Below the pieces are notes generated by a model that saw only the letters and a list, made by a program, of their open reading frames with translations, was not told the origin of the DNA and did not search any database. A stretch of 64,000 nucleotides of DNA from an uncultured Lachnospiraceae bacterium (GTDB lineage: Bacteria > Bacillota > Clostridia > Lachnospirales > Lachnospiraceae), in assembly GCA_910579465.1 (NCBI GenBank), contig CAJTUB010000007.1, forward strand, positions 15,714 through 79,713, written 5' to 3'. The translations under genes were made by a program, and so were the position numbers. Below are positions 9,681-19,087 of the stretch, one piece after another. How positions within the stretch are numbered: position 1 is the stretch's first letter; each line of letters opens with the position of its first letter.

Positions 9681-10220
9681 ATGGAAAAAATAAAACGACA
9701 GGAGCGGACGCTTATGTGCAAGGGAACCTGGATTTCCCTGTACCGGGACACGATGTCTTTTGCAAACGGCAATACGGCTTACTGGGATTTTATTGCCCAT
9801 AACGGAGCCGCCGCGATGGTAGCGGAAGACGCAGACGGCAGCATTGTGATGATACGGCAGTGGCGTCCCGGCGCAGAGGCGGAGATTTTAGAGCTGCCGG
9901 CAGGCGGCATCAATCCGGGAGAGAAGCCGGAGGCTGCGGCAGTCCGGGAGCTTAAGGAGGAAACCGGCGCGCTTTGCGGGAAAGCAGAGCCTCTTTTGGT
10001 GATTCAGCCGTCTCCTGCGTATAATAACGAGAGGGTCAGTATTTTTTACTGTACGATTACAGGCTATGCCAACATAGAATTGGATGAGAATGAATACATT
10101 ACGATAGAGCGTTTTTCCTTGGAGGAACTGGTCCGTATGGTGATGGAAGGAAAAATCACGGACGGCAAAACGGTTGCCGGGATTTTTGCCTATCAGGAGC
10201 TGAAAAGGAAGCCGCAATAA
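9681..10220 (+). CDS. NUDIX hydrolase (ADP-ribose pyrophosphatase-like)
   Basis: Nudix box GGINPGEKPEAAAVRELKEETG. Confidence 0.85.
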   Translation: MEKIKRQERTLMCKGTWISLYRDTMSFANGNTAYWDFIAHNGAAAMVAEDADGSIVMIRQWRPGAEAEILELPAGGINPGEKPEAAAVRELKEETGALCGKAEPLLVIQPSPAYNNERVSIFYCTITGYANIELDENEYITIERFSLEELVRMVMEGKITDGKTVAGIFAYQELKRKPQ

Positions 10221-10242
10221 AAGAACGAAAGGGGATGCATGT

Positions 10243-11124
10243 ATGGAAACCATAATTGACGAGTTTTGCAATTACCGCAGGGAAAAAAAGCAGGTTTCGG
10301 AAAATACGCTGTTAGCGTACCGTTCGGATTTGCAGCGGCTTGTTTCCTACATGCGTGAAAACGGAATCCCGTCTTTTGCGCAGGTGACGGAAACGCAGTT
10401 AAATTCCTTTATTCTGCAGACAGAACGCAGAGGTTTAAAGGCGGCTTCTGTTGTACGCCTGGTATCGAGCATCCATACCTTTTTTGACTATCTGGCAAAG
10501 CGCGGCTATATTAAGGAAGACCCGGCGGAGCGTCTGAAGGCGCCGAAGGCAGAGCAGGCGGTACAGGAGATTATTTCGGTGGAAGAGCTGGAGCGCCTGT
10601 TTGAGATGCCGGATTTGTCCGGGCCGAAGGGGATGCGTGACCGTGCGATGCTGGAGGTTTTGTATGCAACCGGAATCCGGCTGAATTCTCTTTTAAAGCT
10701 TACGATGTCGCAGCTGCAGCTTCAGTACCGGCTCCTTTGCGTCCGGGAACAGGGGGAGGAGCGGGTGCTTCCTTTAGGGAAGACCGCCTGCGAAAGACTG
10801 GAAGCATATCTGAAGGATGCGAGACCGGTGCTTGCCGTGCCGGACTCCGACCCGGAGCTTGTTTTTTATAACAGGGCGGGAGGAATGATGACCAGACAGG
10901 GATTTTTCAAGCGGATTACCATGTATGCCGAAAAAGCGGGACTCCCGAACATTACGCCCCGCGTTCTGCGCAATTCCATGATTACGCATTTAATGAGCAA
11001 CGGGGCGTCCTATGCGGGAGTCCATCAGTTACTTGGCACGAAGCGCCTGTCTGCGGCAATGAACTACCAGAAGCAGACGCAGAGTATACCGGAGCTGTAC
11101 CGGCAGGCACATCCGAGAGCATGA
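10243..11124 (+). CDS. XerD-like tyrosine recombinase homolog with substituted catalytic residues
   Basis: Collinear with XerD through the C-terminal HPRA. ATGIR (Arg I) and the terminal NY (Tyr) are kept, but REQGEER replaces GKGNKER, TPRVLR replaces PHxLR, and LLGT replaces LLGH. Confidence 0.8.
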   Translation: METIIDEFCNYRREKKQVSENTLLAYRSDLQRLVSYMRENGIPSFAQVTETQLNSFILQTERRGLKAASVVRLVSSIHTFFDYLAKRGYIKEDPAERLKAPKAEQAVQEIISVEELERLFEMPDLSGPKGMRDRAMLEVLYATGIRLNSLLKLTMSQLQLQYRLLCVREQGEERVLPLGKTACERLEAYLKDARPVLAVPDSDPELVFYNRAGGMMTRQGFFKRITMYAEKAGLPNITPRVLRNSMITHLMSNGASYAGVHQLLGTKRLSAAMNYQKQTQSIPELYRQAHPRA

Positions 11125-11134
11125 TGCCTTGCGG

Positions 11135-12166
11135 CTATACCCGTCCGGCAATCTCATAGAGCAGTTGCTCTGTATCGTTCCAGCCGAGACACGGGTCAGT
11201 AATGGATTTGCCGTAAATATGCTCGCCGATTTTCTGGCAGCCCTCTTCAATATAGCTTTCAATCATAACGCCCTTGACAAAGGCGGCAATGTCCGGATTT
11301 ACCTTCCGGCTGTGCAGAATCTCGGAGACAATGCGCGGCTGCTCCGCAAACTGCTTATTGGAATTGTTGTGGTTTGCGTCTACGATAACCGCAGGATTTT
11401 TTAAATGCGGGCGCTCCGCATACATCGAAAGAAGACGGATTAAGTCCTCATAATGATAATTCGGAAGGCTCTGCCCGTGCTTGTTTACGGCGCCGCGTAA
11501 AATCGTGTGCGCGTACGGGTTGCCGGTTGTTTCCACCTCCCACTGGCGGAAGAGGAAGGTATGGGCATGCTGTGCCGCGGTAACGGAGTTCAACATCACC
11601 GAGAAGTCGCCGCTGGTCGGGTTTTTCATTCCTGCCGGGACGTCCATGCCGCTGATGGTAAGACGGTGCTGCTGGTCCTCTACGGAGCGTGCGCCGACGG
11701 CAACGTAGGAGAGAAGGTCGTCCAGATACGGCCAGTTTTCCGGATAGAGCATTTCATCTGCCGGGGTCAGATGGGTCTGCTCGATGGCATGCAGATGCAT
11801 TTTCCGCACCGCAATCAGCCCCTCCTGCATATCCGGCGCCTTTTCCGGATTCGGCTGGTGGGCAATCCCCTTATAGCCCTCGCCGGTGGTACGCGGCTTG
11901 TTGGTATAGATACGCGGTACTAAAAAAAGCTTATCCGCTACCTTTTCCTGAACATTTGCAAGGCGGCTGATATAGTCTAACACCGCAGGTTCGTTATCGG
12001 CGGAGCATGGTCCCACGATAACCATAAATTTATCGGACTCTCCCGCAATAATCCGTTTCATCTCGGCATCGCGGTCAGCCTTTGCTTTTGCCGCCTCTTT
12101 GGAAAGCGGATACAAGTCTTTTAATTCTTCCGGTGAAATCACCTCTCTGATACGTGTAAAGCTCAT
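11135..12166 (-). CDS. 3-deoxy-7-phosphoheptulonate (DAHP) synthase, class I
   Basis: Start MSFTRIRE at 12166 follows GGAAAGGA. Motifs IVGPCS and PRIYTNKPRTTGEGYKG. The longer tracked start runs through the promoter. Confidence 0.88.
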   Translation of the reverse strand: MSFTRIREVISPEELKDLYPLSKEAAKAKADRDAEMKRIIAGESDKFMVIVGPCSADNEPAVLDYISRLANVQEKVADKLFLVPRIYTNKPRTTGEGYKGIAHQPNPEKAPDMQEGLIAVRKMHLHAIEQTHLTPADEMLYPENWPYLDDLLSYVAVGARSVEDQQHRLTISGMDVPAGMKNPTSGDFSVMLNSVTAAQHAHTFLFRQWEVETTGNPYAHTILRGAVNKHGQSLPNYHYEDLIRLLSMYAERPHLKNPAVIVDANHNNSNKQFAEQPRIVSEILHSRKVNPDIAAFVKGVMIESYIEEGCQKIGEHIYGKSITDPCLGWNDTEQLLYEIAGRV

Positions 12167-12218
12167 ATACAATCCTTTCCGGACATCCCAAAGGGATTGT
12201 CCTTTGCATTCAAAGAAC

Positions 12219-12247
12219 ATTATAGAACTTGTGCGGGGGAGTGTCAA
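12219..12247 (-). promoter_or_regulatory. DAHP synthase promoter
   Basis: Minus strand reads TTGACA, a 17-nt spacer, then TATAAT. Confidence 0.6.
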
Positions 12248-12257
12248 TACTCGCTTC

Positions 12258-12509
12258 CTTAAGTTTCCGCATTTTACATAATCTTTTGTGTTCTGCAGGC
12301 TGTGCAGCAGCTTAGTTTTGCATGCGCAACACTGCACTGGACTTCCTCCAAGAGCTGTTAAGCCGCTCGGTAGCGTCCTCGCGCCTAATCAGCTCTATGA
12401 GGTGATTCCGGTTCCGTTAAGGAGGCGGTCCTTCGGACAAATGCAAAAATAAGATACCGTACAATCCATGGAACTTCTTAAAGCGGTTTAAAAAATGCGA
12501 AAACTCAAG
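12258..12509. repeat. Inverted pair of 18-nt boxes enclosing about 216 bp, each facing an outward promoter
   Basis: 12258-12275 reads AAAATGCGGAAACTTAAG on the minus strand. 12492-12509 reads AAAATGCGAAAACTCAAG on the plus strand. Confidence 0.7.
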
Positions 12510-12523
12510 AAGGGAAGTGCAGG

Positions 12524-12552
12524 TTGAAATTTCCGGGGAAATTAAATATAAT
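12524..12552 (+). promoter_or_regulatory. pdp promoter
   Basis: TTGAAA, a 17-nt spacer, then TATAAT. Confidence 0.6.
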
Positions 12553-12627
12553 AAAGACAAGAGAAAGATGGTGCCACTATGAAAGGAAAGGAAGTGAAGA
12601 GCCGGGACAGAGTCTGCCCGGCGGTAA

Positions 12628-13941
12628 ATGATGCGGATGTACGATTTGATTATGAAAAAGAAGCACGGGCTTGCCCTGTCGGATGAGGAAATCCGTTTTT
12701 TGGTCGCAGGCTATACAAACGGCGAGATTCCGGATTATCAGATGTCTGCGTTTTTAATGGCGGTCTGCTTTTGCGGAATGGACGAAAAGGAGACGCTTTC
12801 GCTTACGATGGCGATGGCAGAGAGCGGGGAGATGCTGGATTTGTCGGCAATCCACGGAAAGACTGCCGACAAGCACAGTACCGGCGGCGTGGGGGACAAG
12901 ACCTCGCTGGTTCTCGGACCGATGGTGGCGTCCCTCGGCGTCCCGGTGGCAAAGATGTCCGGCAGGGGACTCGGTCATACCGGAGGCACGATTGACAAGC
13001 TGGAGAGCTTTCCGGGCTTTTCCGTTTCCATATCGAATGAGCAGTTTATTTCCAACGTGAACCGGATGAAGCTTGCTATTATCGGGCAGACGGCGGAGCT
13101 CGCCCCGGCGGATAAGAAGCTTTATGCGCTACGCGACGTGACCGCGACGGTTGACGAGCTTTCCCTGATTGCTGCAAGCATTATGAGCAAGAAGCTGGCG
13201 GCAGGCTCGGATGTCATTGTGCTGGACGTAAAGGCAGGGAGCGGCGCGTTTATGAAGACCTATGAGGATGCAAGGCGGCTGGCGGAACGGATGGTGGACA
13301 TCGGGAACGGCGCCGGGCGGAAGACCTATGCCGTGATTTCCGATATGAACCAGCCGCTCGGGCTTGCGGTCGGCAATATTCTCGAGGTTAAGGAGGCAAT
13401 CGCGGCGTTAAACGGCAGGGCGCCAGAGGATGTAAACGAAGCCTGCATGACGCTTGCCTCCTATATGCTGCTTGGCACAGGGCGTGTTAAGGAGCTTCCG
13501 GAGGCGGAGGAGCTTTTGCGTAAGAGTATCGAAACCGGAGCGGCACTAAATAAGTTTGCAGAGTTTATCAAGGCGCAGGGAGGCGACGAGCGCTATGTAT
13601 ACGAGCCGGACCGCTTCCCGGAGGCGGCGTATTCCTGTGAGCTCACGGCGGAGACGGACGGCTATGTGTCGGAGATGCTTACCGAGGAAATCGGTCTTGC
13701 CTCGTTTATGCTCGGCGGCGGACGGGAGACGAAGGAGAGTGAAATCGACCTGACCGCCGGTATCGTATTCCGGAAGAAAACCGGGGCAAGGGTTTCTTCC
13801 GGGGACACGCTTGCCGTGCTGTATTCGGGCGATGCCGGAAAGCTTAAGGCAGGAGCCGCGCGGCTAAAAGGCGCAGTCCGTATCAGTACGGAAGCCTGCG
13901 CGCCGTTGCCGCATATTTTAGGTGTGGTAGATAAGTCATAG
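12628..13941 (+). CDS. pdp: Pyrimidine-nucleoside (thymidine) phosphorylase
   Basis: MRMYDLIMKKK..., HSTGGVGDKTSLVL and SGRGLGHTGGTIDKLE. The exact start is uncertain among ATGs at 12628, 12631 and 12637. Confidence 0.9.
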   Translation: MMRMYDLIMKKKHGLALSDEEIRFLVAGYTNGEIPDYQMSAFLMAVCFCGMDEKETLSLTMAMAESGEMLDLSAIHGKTADKHSTGGVGDKTSLVLGPMVASLGVPVAKMSGRGLGHTGGTIDKLESFPGFSVSISNEQFISNVNRMKLAIIGQTAELAPADKKLYALRDVTATVDELSLIAASIMSKKLAAGSDVIVLDVKAGSGAFMKTYEDARRLAERMVDIGNGAGRKTYAVISDMNQPLGLAVGNILEVKEAIAALNGRAPEDVNEACMTLASYMLLGTGRVKELPEAEELLRKSIETGAALNKFAEFIKAQGGDERYVYEPDRFPEAAYSCELTAETDGYVSEMLTEEIGLASFMLGGGRETKESEIDLTAGIVFRKKTGARVSSGDTLAVLYSGDAGKLKAGAARLKGAVRISTEACAPLPHILGVVDKS

Positions 13942-13994
13942 TTTTAAAACAGGTGAATATGCTGTTATAAAACATGCTATTCCGGAGAAACCAT

Positions 13995-15368
13995 ATGAAA
14001 GAGCGATTCTTCGCAAAACGAAAGAAAACGGGAAGAGGGATACCGGTATACCGTGCGGCGGCCGGGGCGCTTGCCGTTTTCCTTTTTGCAGAGGCAGTCC
14101 TGCTTTCTGCATTCCGTCCGTATACCGCACTTGCAGAGGAGATTTCCGTAAGCTCGGAGTCCGTTATCTTAATGGAAATCGAGAGCGGCGCAGTCATTGC
14201 AGAAAAAAACGCAGATATGTCACGTCCGATTGCCAGCGTAACGAAAATTATGACGCTGCTTTTAATTTTTGAAGCGTTAGATTCCGGGAAAATCAAGCTG
14301 ACCGATTCCGTGACCGTGAGCGAGCATGCGGCGTCGATGGGAGGCTCCCAGGTATATCTGGAGCCTTACGAAACACAGGACGTGGATACCATGATAAAGT
14401 GTATCAGCATTGCCAGTGCAAATGACGCCAGTGTTGCGATGGCAGAGCATCTTGCAGGCTCAGAGACTGCGTTTGTGGAGATGATGAACAAGCGTGCCGC
14501 GGAGCTCGGCATGAAAAACACGACTTTTTTAAACTGCTGCGGTCTGGATGTGGACGGCCATGTCTCCAGTGCAAGGGATGTTGCGCTGATGTCCCGCGAG
14601 CTGATGAAGCACCATCCTTCGGTAACAAAGTATACGACGACCTGGATGGATACGATTATACATACAACCAAGCGCGGTTCGAGTGAGTTCGGGCTTTCCA
14701 ACACGAATAAGCTGATTAAACAGTACAGCGGGATTACCGGGCTGAAGACAGGCTCGACGGACGCTGCCAAATACTGCCTGTCCGCGACGGCAGAGCGGAA
14801 CGGGATTAAGCTTGTCGCGGTTGTGCTTGCTGCGCCGGATACCAAGACCAGATTCCGTGAGGCGGCAGCGCTGTTGGATTACGGCTTTGCAAAATGCACG
14901 GTATACCATGACGACGGGGCAGACTTTTCGCCGACGGAGATTAAGGTAGCACAGGGACAGAAAGAAACGGTGCCGGTGCGCTTACAGGAGCCGTTTTATC
15001 ATGTCTTTACCGGCGGGGAGGACCTGAGTGCCGTGGAACGGAGCGCCGAGTTTATCAAGGGTATCAAGGCGCCGTTAAAGGCGGGAGACGTCGTAGGGGA
15101 ATACTGCTACCGCTTAAACGGGAAAAAGCTTGGCAGTGTGCCGATTGTCTGTACGGAGGATGTAGAAAAGGTTACGTTTTTCTCAAGCCTCCTGCGCTGT
15201 AAGGACCTGTTCTTCCGTGATGACGGAAACGGCTTCCGGACGCCGGAGACGGAGGAGAAGGGCGGACAGGAGCAGGGAAAGGAGCCGGAACAGCAGAAGG
15301 AGCCGGACGGGAAAAAAGCAGATGAAAAAAAGGCGGACGGGACAGAATCAAAGCAGAACGGGGATTGA
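13995..15368 (+). CDS. D-alanyl-D-alanine carboxypeptidase (PBP5 class) with a Lys/Glu-rich tail
   Basis: Motifs SVTK, SAND and KTGST. It has an N-terminal signal/anchor and a low-complexity C-terminus. Confidence 0.88.
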   Translation: MKERFFAKRKKTGRGIPVYRAAAGALAVFLFAEAVLLSAFRPYTALAEEISVSSESVILMEIESGAVIAEKNADMSRPIASVTKIMTLLLIFEALDSGKIKLTDSVTVSEHAASMGGSQVYLEPYETQDVDTMIKCISIASANDASVAMAEHLAGSETAFVEMMNKRAAELGMKNTTFLNCCGLDVDGHVSSARDVALMSRELMKHHPSVTKYTTTWMDTIIHTTKRGSSEFGLSNTNKLIKQYSGITGLKTGSTDAAKYCLSATAERNGIKLVAVVLAAPDTKTRFREAAALLDYGFAKCTVYHDDGADFSPTEIKVAQGQKETVPVRLQEPFYHVFTGGEDLSAVERSAEFIKGIKAPLKAGDVVGEYCYRLNGKKLGSVPIVCTEDVEKVTFFSSLLRCKDLFFRDDGNGFRTPETEEKGGQEQGKEPEQQKEPDGKKADEKKADGTESKQNGD

Positions 15369-15438
15369 CAGCAGAACGAAAACAAAGTATGATGATAAAG
15401 GTAATGACAGAAAAAGTACGGCAAAAGAGGTGATGCGG

Positions 15439-16293
15439 ATGAAGATAAGCAGTAAGGTAGTGTCAGGGCTGGCGGCTTCTGCCTGTTTGGCGGCGGTATA
15501 TGAATGCTTCGAGCACGGTGTACCGGTGCGGCGGGACTACGAGGTCACGGTGCCGGAGGAGCTTTCGGGACTGCGGTTCCTGCTTCTTTCTGATTTGCAC
15601 TGCAATCCGTTCATCTGCAGCAATGAGAGGGTATTCCGGAGGCTTGCGGGAGAACGCCCGGACGTGATTCTGCTGGCGGGAGATATGATAAGCAAGTACG
15701 GGAAAAGGGGCAACGACCGTGTACCGGCTTTTTTAAAGCGGCTGCGGAGTATCGCGCCGGTCGTATATTCGCTCGGGAATCACGAGGAGATATTGCGTGC
15801 AGGATTTCCGGAGCAGTATAATGCTTATGCGGAAGAAATCAGGGAAGCCGGGATTCTGTTTCCCGATAACGAGGTCGTTTCCCTTGTTCTACAGGGGAAG
15901 AATGTCGATTTTGCAGGTCTGACATTGAAGCCGGAGTATCTGTGCAAAAGGGTACGGCGGAGGCTGCCCGGGGAAGCGTTCCGGGAGCTCGGGCTCAGAA
16001 GACCGGAGCAGACCGTGCTTCTGGCGCATATCCCGGACTTCTTTCCGGACTATGCAGGGCATGCCGCCCTTACGGTATCCGGGCACAATCACGGCGGGAT
16101 TATCCGGCTGCCCTTTGTCGGGGGGATTATTTCACCGCAGCTTTATTTTCCGGACTACACGAGGGGTTGTTATCAGATTAATAATTCGACACTTGTCGTA
16201 AGTGCGGGAATCGGCTCGCATTTTCTGCCGGCACGCCTGTTTAACCGGATTGAATACTGTGTGATTACTACGAAATCGAGGAACCCGCTATGA
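15439..16293 (+). CDS. Membrane-anchored calcineurin-like metallophosphoesterase
   Basis: ATG at 15439 lies 8 nt after AGAGG. Motifs LSDLHCN, GDMIS, GNHE and SGHNHGG. The tracked 5' extension overlaps the upstream PBP tail. Confidence 0.85.
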   Translation: MKISSKVVSGLAASACLAAVYECFEHGVPVRRDYEVTVPEELSGLRFLLLSDLHCNPFICSNERVFRRLAGERPDVILLAGDMISKYGKRGNDRVPAFLKRLRSIAPVVYSLGNHEEILRAGFPEQYNAYAEEIREAGILFPDNEVVSLVLQGKNVDFAGLTLKPEYLCKRVRRRLPGEAFRELGLRRPEQTVLLAHIPDFFPDYAGHAALTVSGHNHGGIIRLPFVGGIISPQLYFPDYTRGCYQINNSTLVVSAGIGSHFLPARLFNRIEYCVITTKSRNPL

Positions 16294-17069
16294 GTCTGTC
16301 CGTTACGTTAGAAAAGTTCGAGGGGCCGCTGGATTTGCTGTTGCACCTTATTGAGAAAAATAAAATTAACATCTATGATATTCCGATTGCGGAGATTACG
16401 GAGCAGTATATGGACTATATCCGCCAGATGAAAGAGCAGGACATGGAGGTTATGAGCGAGTTTCTGGTGATGGCGGCAACCCTGCTTAACATCAAGTCAA
16501 AGATGCTTCTGCCGCAGGAGGAGCCAGAGACGGAGGAGGCGGCGGCAGACCCGCGGTTAGAGTTAGTCGAACGGCTGTTAGAGTATAAGATGTATAAATA
16601 CGCCTCCTTGGAGCTTTCCGACCGTCAGCTTGACGCGGGAAGGGTGCTTTTTAAGGCAGGCACGCTGCCGCCGGAGATTGCGGAGTATAAGGAGCCGGTC
16701 GATACGAAGGAGCTGTTGTCCGACCTGACGCTCCAGAAGCTCCATTCGATTTTTGAGTCGGTGATGAAAAAGCAGGAGGATAAAATCGACCCGGTGCGGA
16801 GCCGGTTTGGCAGGATTGAGCGGGAAGAGGTCAGTATGTCCGGGAAAATGCATGAGATTCAGGAATACGCGCTGCGCGAGCGCCGTTTTCCGTTCCGGGC
16901 GCTTTTACTGAAGCAGCATGACAAGATGGATGTTGTCGTAACTTTTTTATGTATACTTGAGCTGATGAAGCTCGGAAGAATGCATGTAGTACAGGAAGAA
17001 ATTTTTGACGATATTGAAATCGAGTATCTTGCAGACGATATTATCGATTTTGAGGATTCGGATTTTTAA
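16290..17069 (+). CDS. scpA: Segregation and condensation protein A
   Basis: FEGPLDLLLHLIEKNKINIYDIPIAEIT N-terminus, with scpB immediately downstream. Confidence 0.92.
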   Translation: MSLSVTLEKFEGPLDLLLHLIEKNKINIYDIPIAEITEQYMDYIRQMKEQDMEVMSEFLVMAATLLNIKSKMLLPQEEPETEEAAADPRLELVERLLEYKMYKYASLELSDRQLDAGRVLFKAGTLPPEIAEYKEPVDTKELLSDLTLQKLHSIFESVMKKQEDKIDPVRSRFGRIEREEVSMSGKMHEIQEYALRERRFPFRALLLKQHDKMDVVVTFLCILELMKLGRMHVVQEEIFDDIEIEYLADDIIDFEDSDF

Positions 17070-17084
17070 GCCGGAGGAGAAGCA

Positions 17085-17654
17085 ATGGAGCTACAGGAGT
17101 TAGAAGCACAGCTGGAGGCAATTTTATTTACGCTTGGCGAGGCAGTCGAGGCAGACCGCCTTGCGGCGGCATTGGAGCATGATGTGGATACGGTGCGTAG
17201 GGTGCTCCGGAATATGATGGACCGTTACGAGGCGGACGACCGCGGAATCCAGATTATCGAGCTGGACGGTTCGTTCCAGATGTGTACAAAGGCGTCTATG
17301 TACGAGTCCATTATTAAGATTGCGCATGTCCCGAAGAAGCATGTTCTGACGGAGGTATTGTTAGAGACACTTTCGATTGTCGCCTATAAGCAGCCGATTA
17401 CGAGGCAGGAAATTGAGGCAATCCGCGGTGTTTCCTGCGACCATGCGGTCAATAAGCTGGTAGAGTATAATTTGATTCAGGAGGTGGGGCGTATGGAGGC
17501 GCCGGGACGCCCGATTCTGTTCGGGACGACGGAGGAGTTTCTGCGGAGCTTCGGTCTGGTTTCTCTGGATGACCTGCCGGTCATCAATCCGGAAAAGGTA
17601 GAGGATTTTAAGCTGGAGGCAGAGGAGGAAATGCAGCTCTCCCTTCAAATTTAG
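17085..17654 (+). CDS. scpB: Segregation and condensation protein B
   Basis: LEAILFTLGEAV, YKQPITRQEIEAIRGV and GRPILFGTT motifs. Confidence 0.92.
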   Translation: MELQELEAQLEAILFTLGEAVEADRLAAALEHDVDTVRRVLRNMMDRYEADDRGIQIIELDGSFQMCTKASMYESIIKIAHVPKKHVLTEVLLETLSIVAYKQPITRQEIEAIRGVSCDHAVNKLVEYNLIQEVGRMEAPGRPILFGTTEEFLRSFGLVSLDDLPVINPEKVEDFKLEAEEEMQLSLQI

Positions 17655-17720
17655 TCCTTTTAGTCCTATTTGCCGCGGGCACGGCATATTCTTTCTTGAG
17701 AATGCTTTGCGGTGGCGGCC

Positions 17721-19052
17721 ATGAAAGACGTTATCATAACCCTGAAAACAAAAGGAACGCATCTTCTGATGTGTTTCTTTTTTCTGCTTTCCTGTCTGTA
17801 TCCCTGTCAGGGAGCGGCGGCAGAGGAAATCTCCATAGAAAGCCTGACAGAGACGGAGGCGGCAGCAGAAGAGGAAAATGAAGATGAGGTAGTATTGACC
17901 GTAGGGGACGGCAGTCTCCCAGAGCCCTATGAGCTGCATGCCTATTCGGCGCTGCTTTATGACGCGGAAGCCGGCAGGGTTCTTTATGAAAAGAACGGCT
18001 ACGAGGTGCTTCCGATGGCAAGCACGACAAAAATCATGACGCTGCTTGTCATACTGGAAAACAGCGAGCCGGACGAAATCGTTACCGTGTCTAAGAATGC
18101 GGCGATGCAGCCGGATGTGCAGCTGAATATGAACACAGGTGAACAGTATTATGTAAAGGATTTGTGCTATTCCCTGATGTTAGAGTCCCATAACGATACG
18201 GCAGTGGCGCTCGCGGAGCATGTCGGCGGAAGCGTGGAGGGGTTCGCTGCCATGATGAACGCAAAGGCAAAGGCGCTCGGCGCGTATTCCGCGAACTTTG
18301 TGACGCCGAACGGACTGGATGCTGACGGACACGGCACTAACGCGGCAGATCTGGCGAAAATTGCCGCCTATGCGGTAAAGCAGGAGGAGTTTATCGAGAT
18401 TACTAATACGGCGTCCTATTCCTTTACGGAGCTGACGAAGGGGCGTGGGTTTACCGTTTCCAATAAGAACCGGTTCCTGACGATGATGGACGGGGCAATC
18501 GGCGTAAAGACCGGCTTTACCGGAAAGGCAGGGTATTGCTTTGTCGGTGCGGTAAAAAGGGACGACCGGCTGTTAGTCAGCGTCGTGCTGGCGTGCGGCT
18601 GGCCCCCGAACAAAAATTATAAATGGAGCGATACGGGAAAGCTGATGGAATACGGCATCAAGGGCTTTGAGAAAAAGCCGCTGCTTACGGAGAAAAGTCG
18701 TCTGCCGGAGCTTCCGGAGCTTCCGGTCATAGAGGGACAGAAGGAGAGCGTGGCGCTCTGCTACGGGGAAGAGGAGCTTGCGGAGCTTCTCGAAACCAGA
18801 CTGTTACTGTCCGGGGAGGAGCAGATTTCCTTTGTCCCGGAGCTTACCAAATCGTCCCTTCCGGCGCCGGTCGAACAGGGAACCGAGGTCGGGAGGCTTC
18901 TGGTAAAGGTCGGAAAGGACTGCATCAAAACAATACCGGTACGGACAGCAGAAGCGGTCGTACCGGTAGACTATAAATTCTATTTTTCCCGCGCGCTCCG
19001 GGACTTCTTCTCGGGAGCCGCGGTAAAGCGGCTGCTTTTTCCGCAGGAATAA
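17721..19052 (+). CDS. D-alanyl-D-alanine carboxypeptidase (DacB-like)
   Basis: Motifs STTK, SHND and KTGFT, with a signal peptide. It lies downstream of scpAB, as in Bacillus. Confidence 0.88.
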   Translation: MKDVIITLKTKGTHLLMCFFFLLSCLYPCQGAAAEEISIESLTETEAAAEEENEDEVVLTVGDGSLPEPYELHAYSALLYDAEAGRVLYEKNGYEVLPMASTTKIMTLLVILENSEPDEIVTVSKNAAMQPDVQLNMNTGEQYYVKDLCYSLMLESHNDTAVALAEHVGGSVEGFAAMMNAKAKALGAYSANFVTPNGLDADGHGTNAADLAKIAAYAVKQEEFIEITNTASYSFTELTKGRGFTVSNKNRFLTMMDGAIGVKTGFTGKAGYCFVGAVKRDDRLLVSVVLACGWPPNKNYKWSDTGKLMEYGIKGFEKKPLLTEKSRLPELPELPVIEGQKESVALCYGEEELAELLETRLLLSGEEQISFVPELTKSSLPAPVEQGTEVGRLLVKVGKDCIKTIPVRTAEAVVPVDYKFYFSRALRDFFSGAAVKRLLFPQE

Positions 19053-19087
19053 ATCAGAATTGTTGTAAGAAGGGGACGCGCTTCATA

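Noticed and set aside
15217-15438. The tracked 5' extension of the phosphoesterase ORF is Arg/Lys-rich (MMTETASGRRRRRRRADRS...).
   Set aside because: It overlaps the 3' end of the PBP gene in another frame and is low-complexity. A better RBS-to-ATG spacing exists at 15439, just before the TM anchor.
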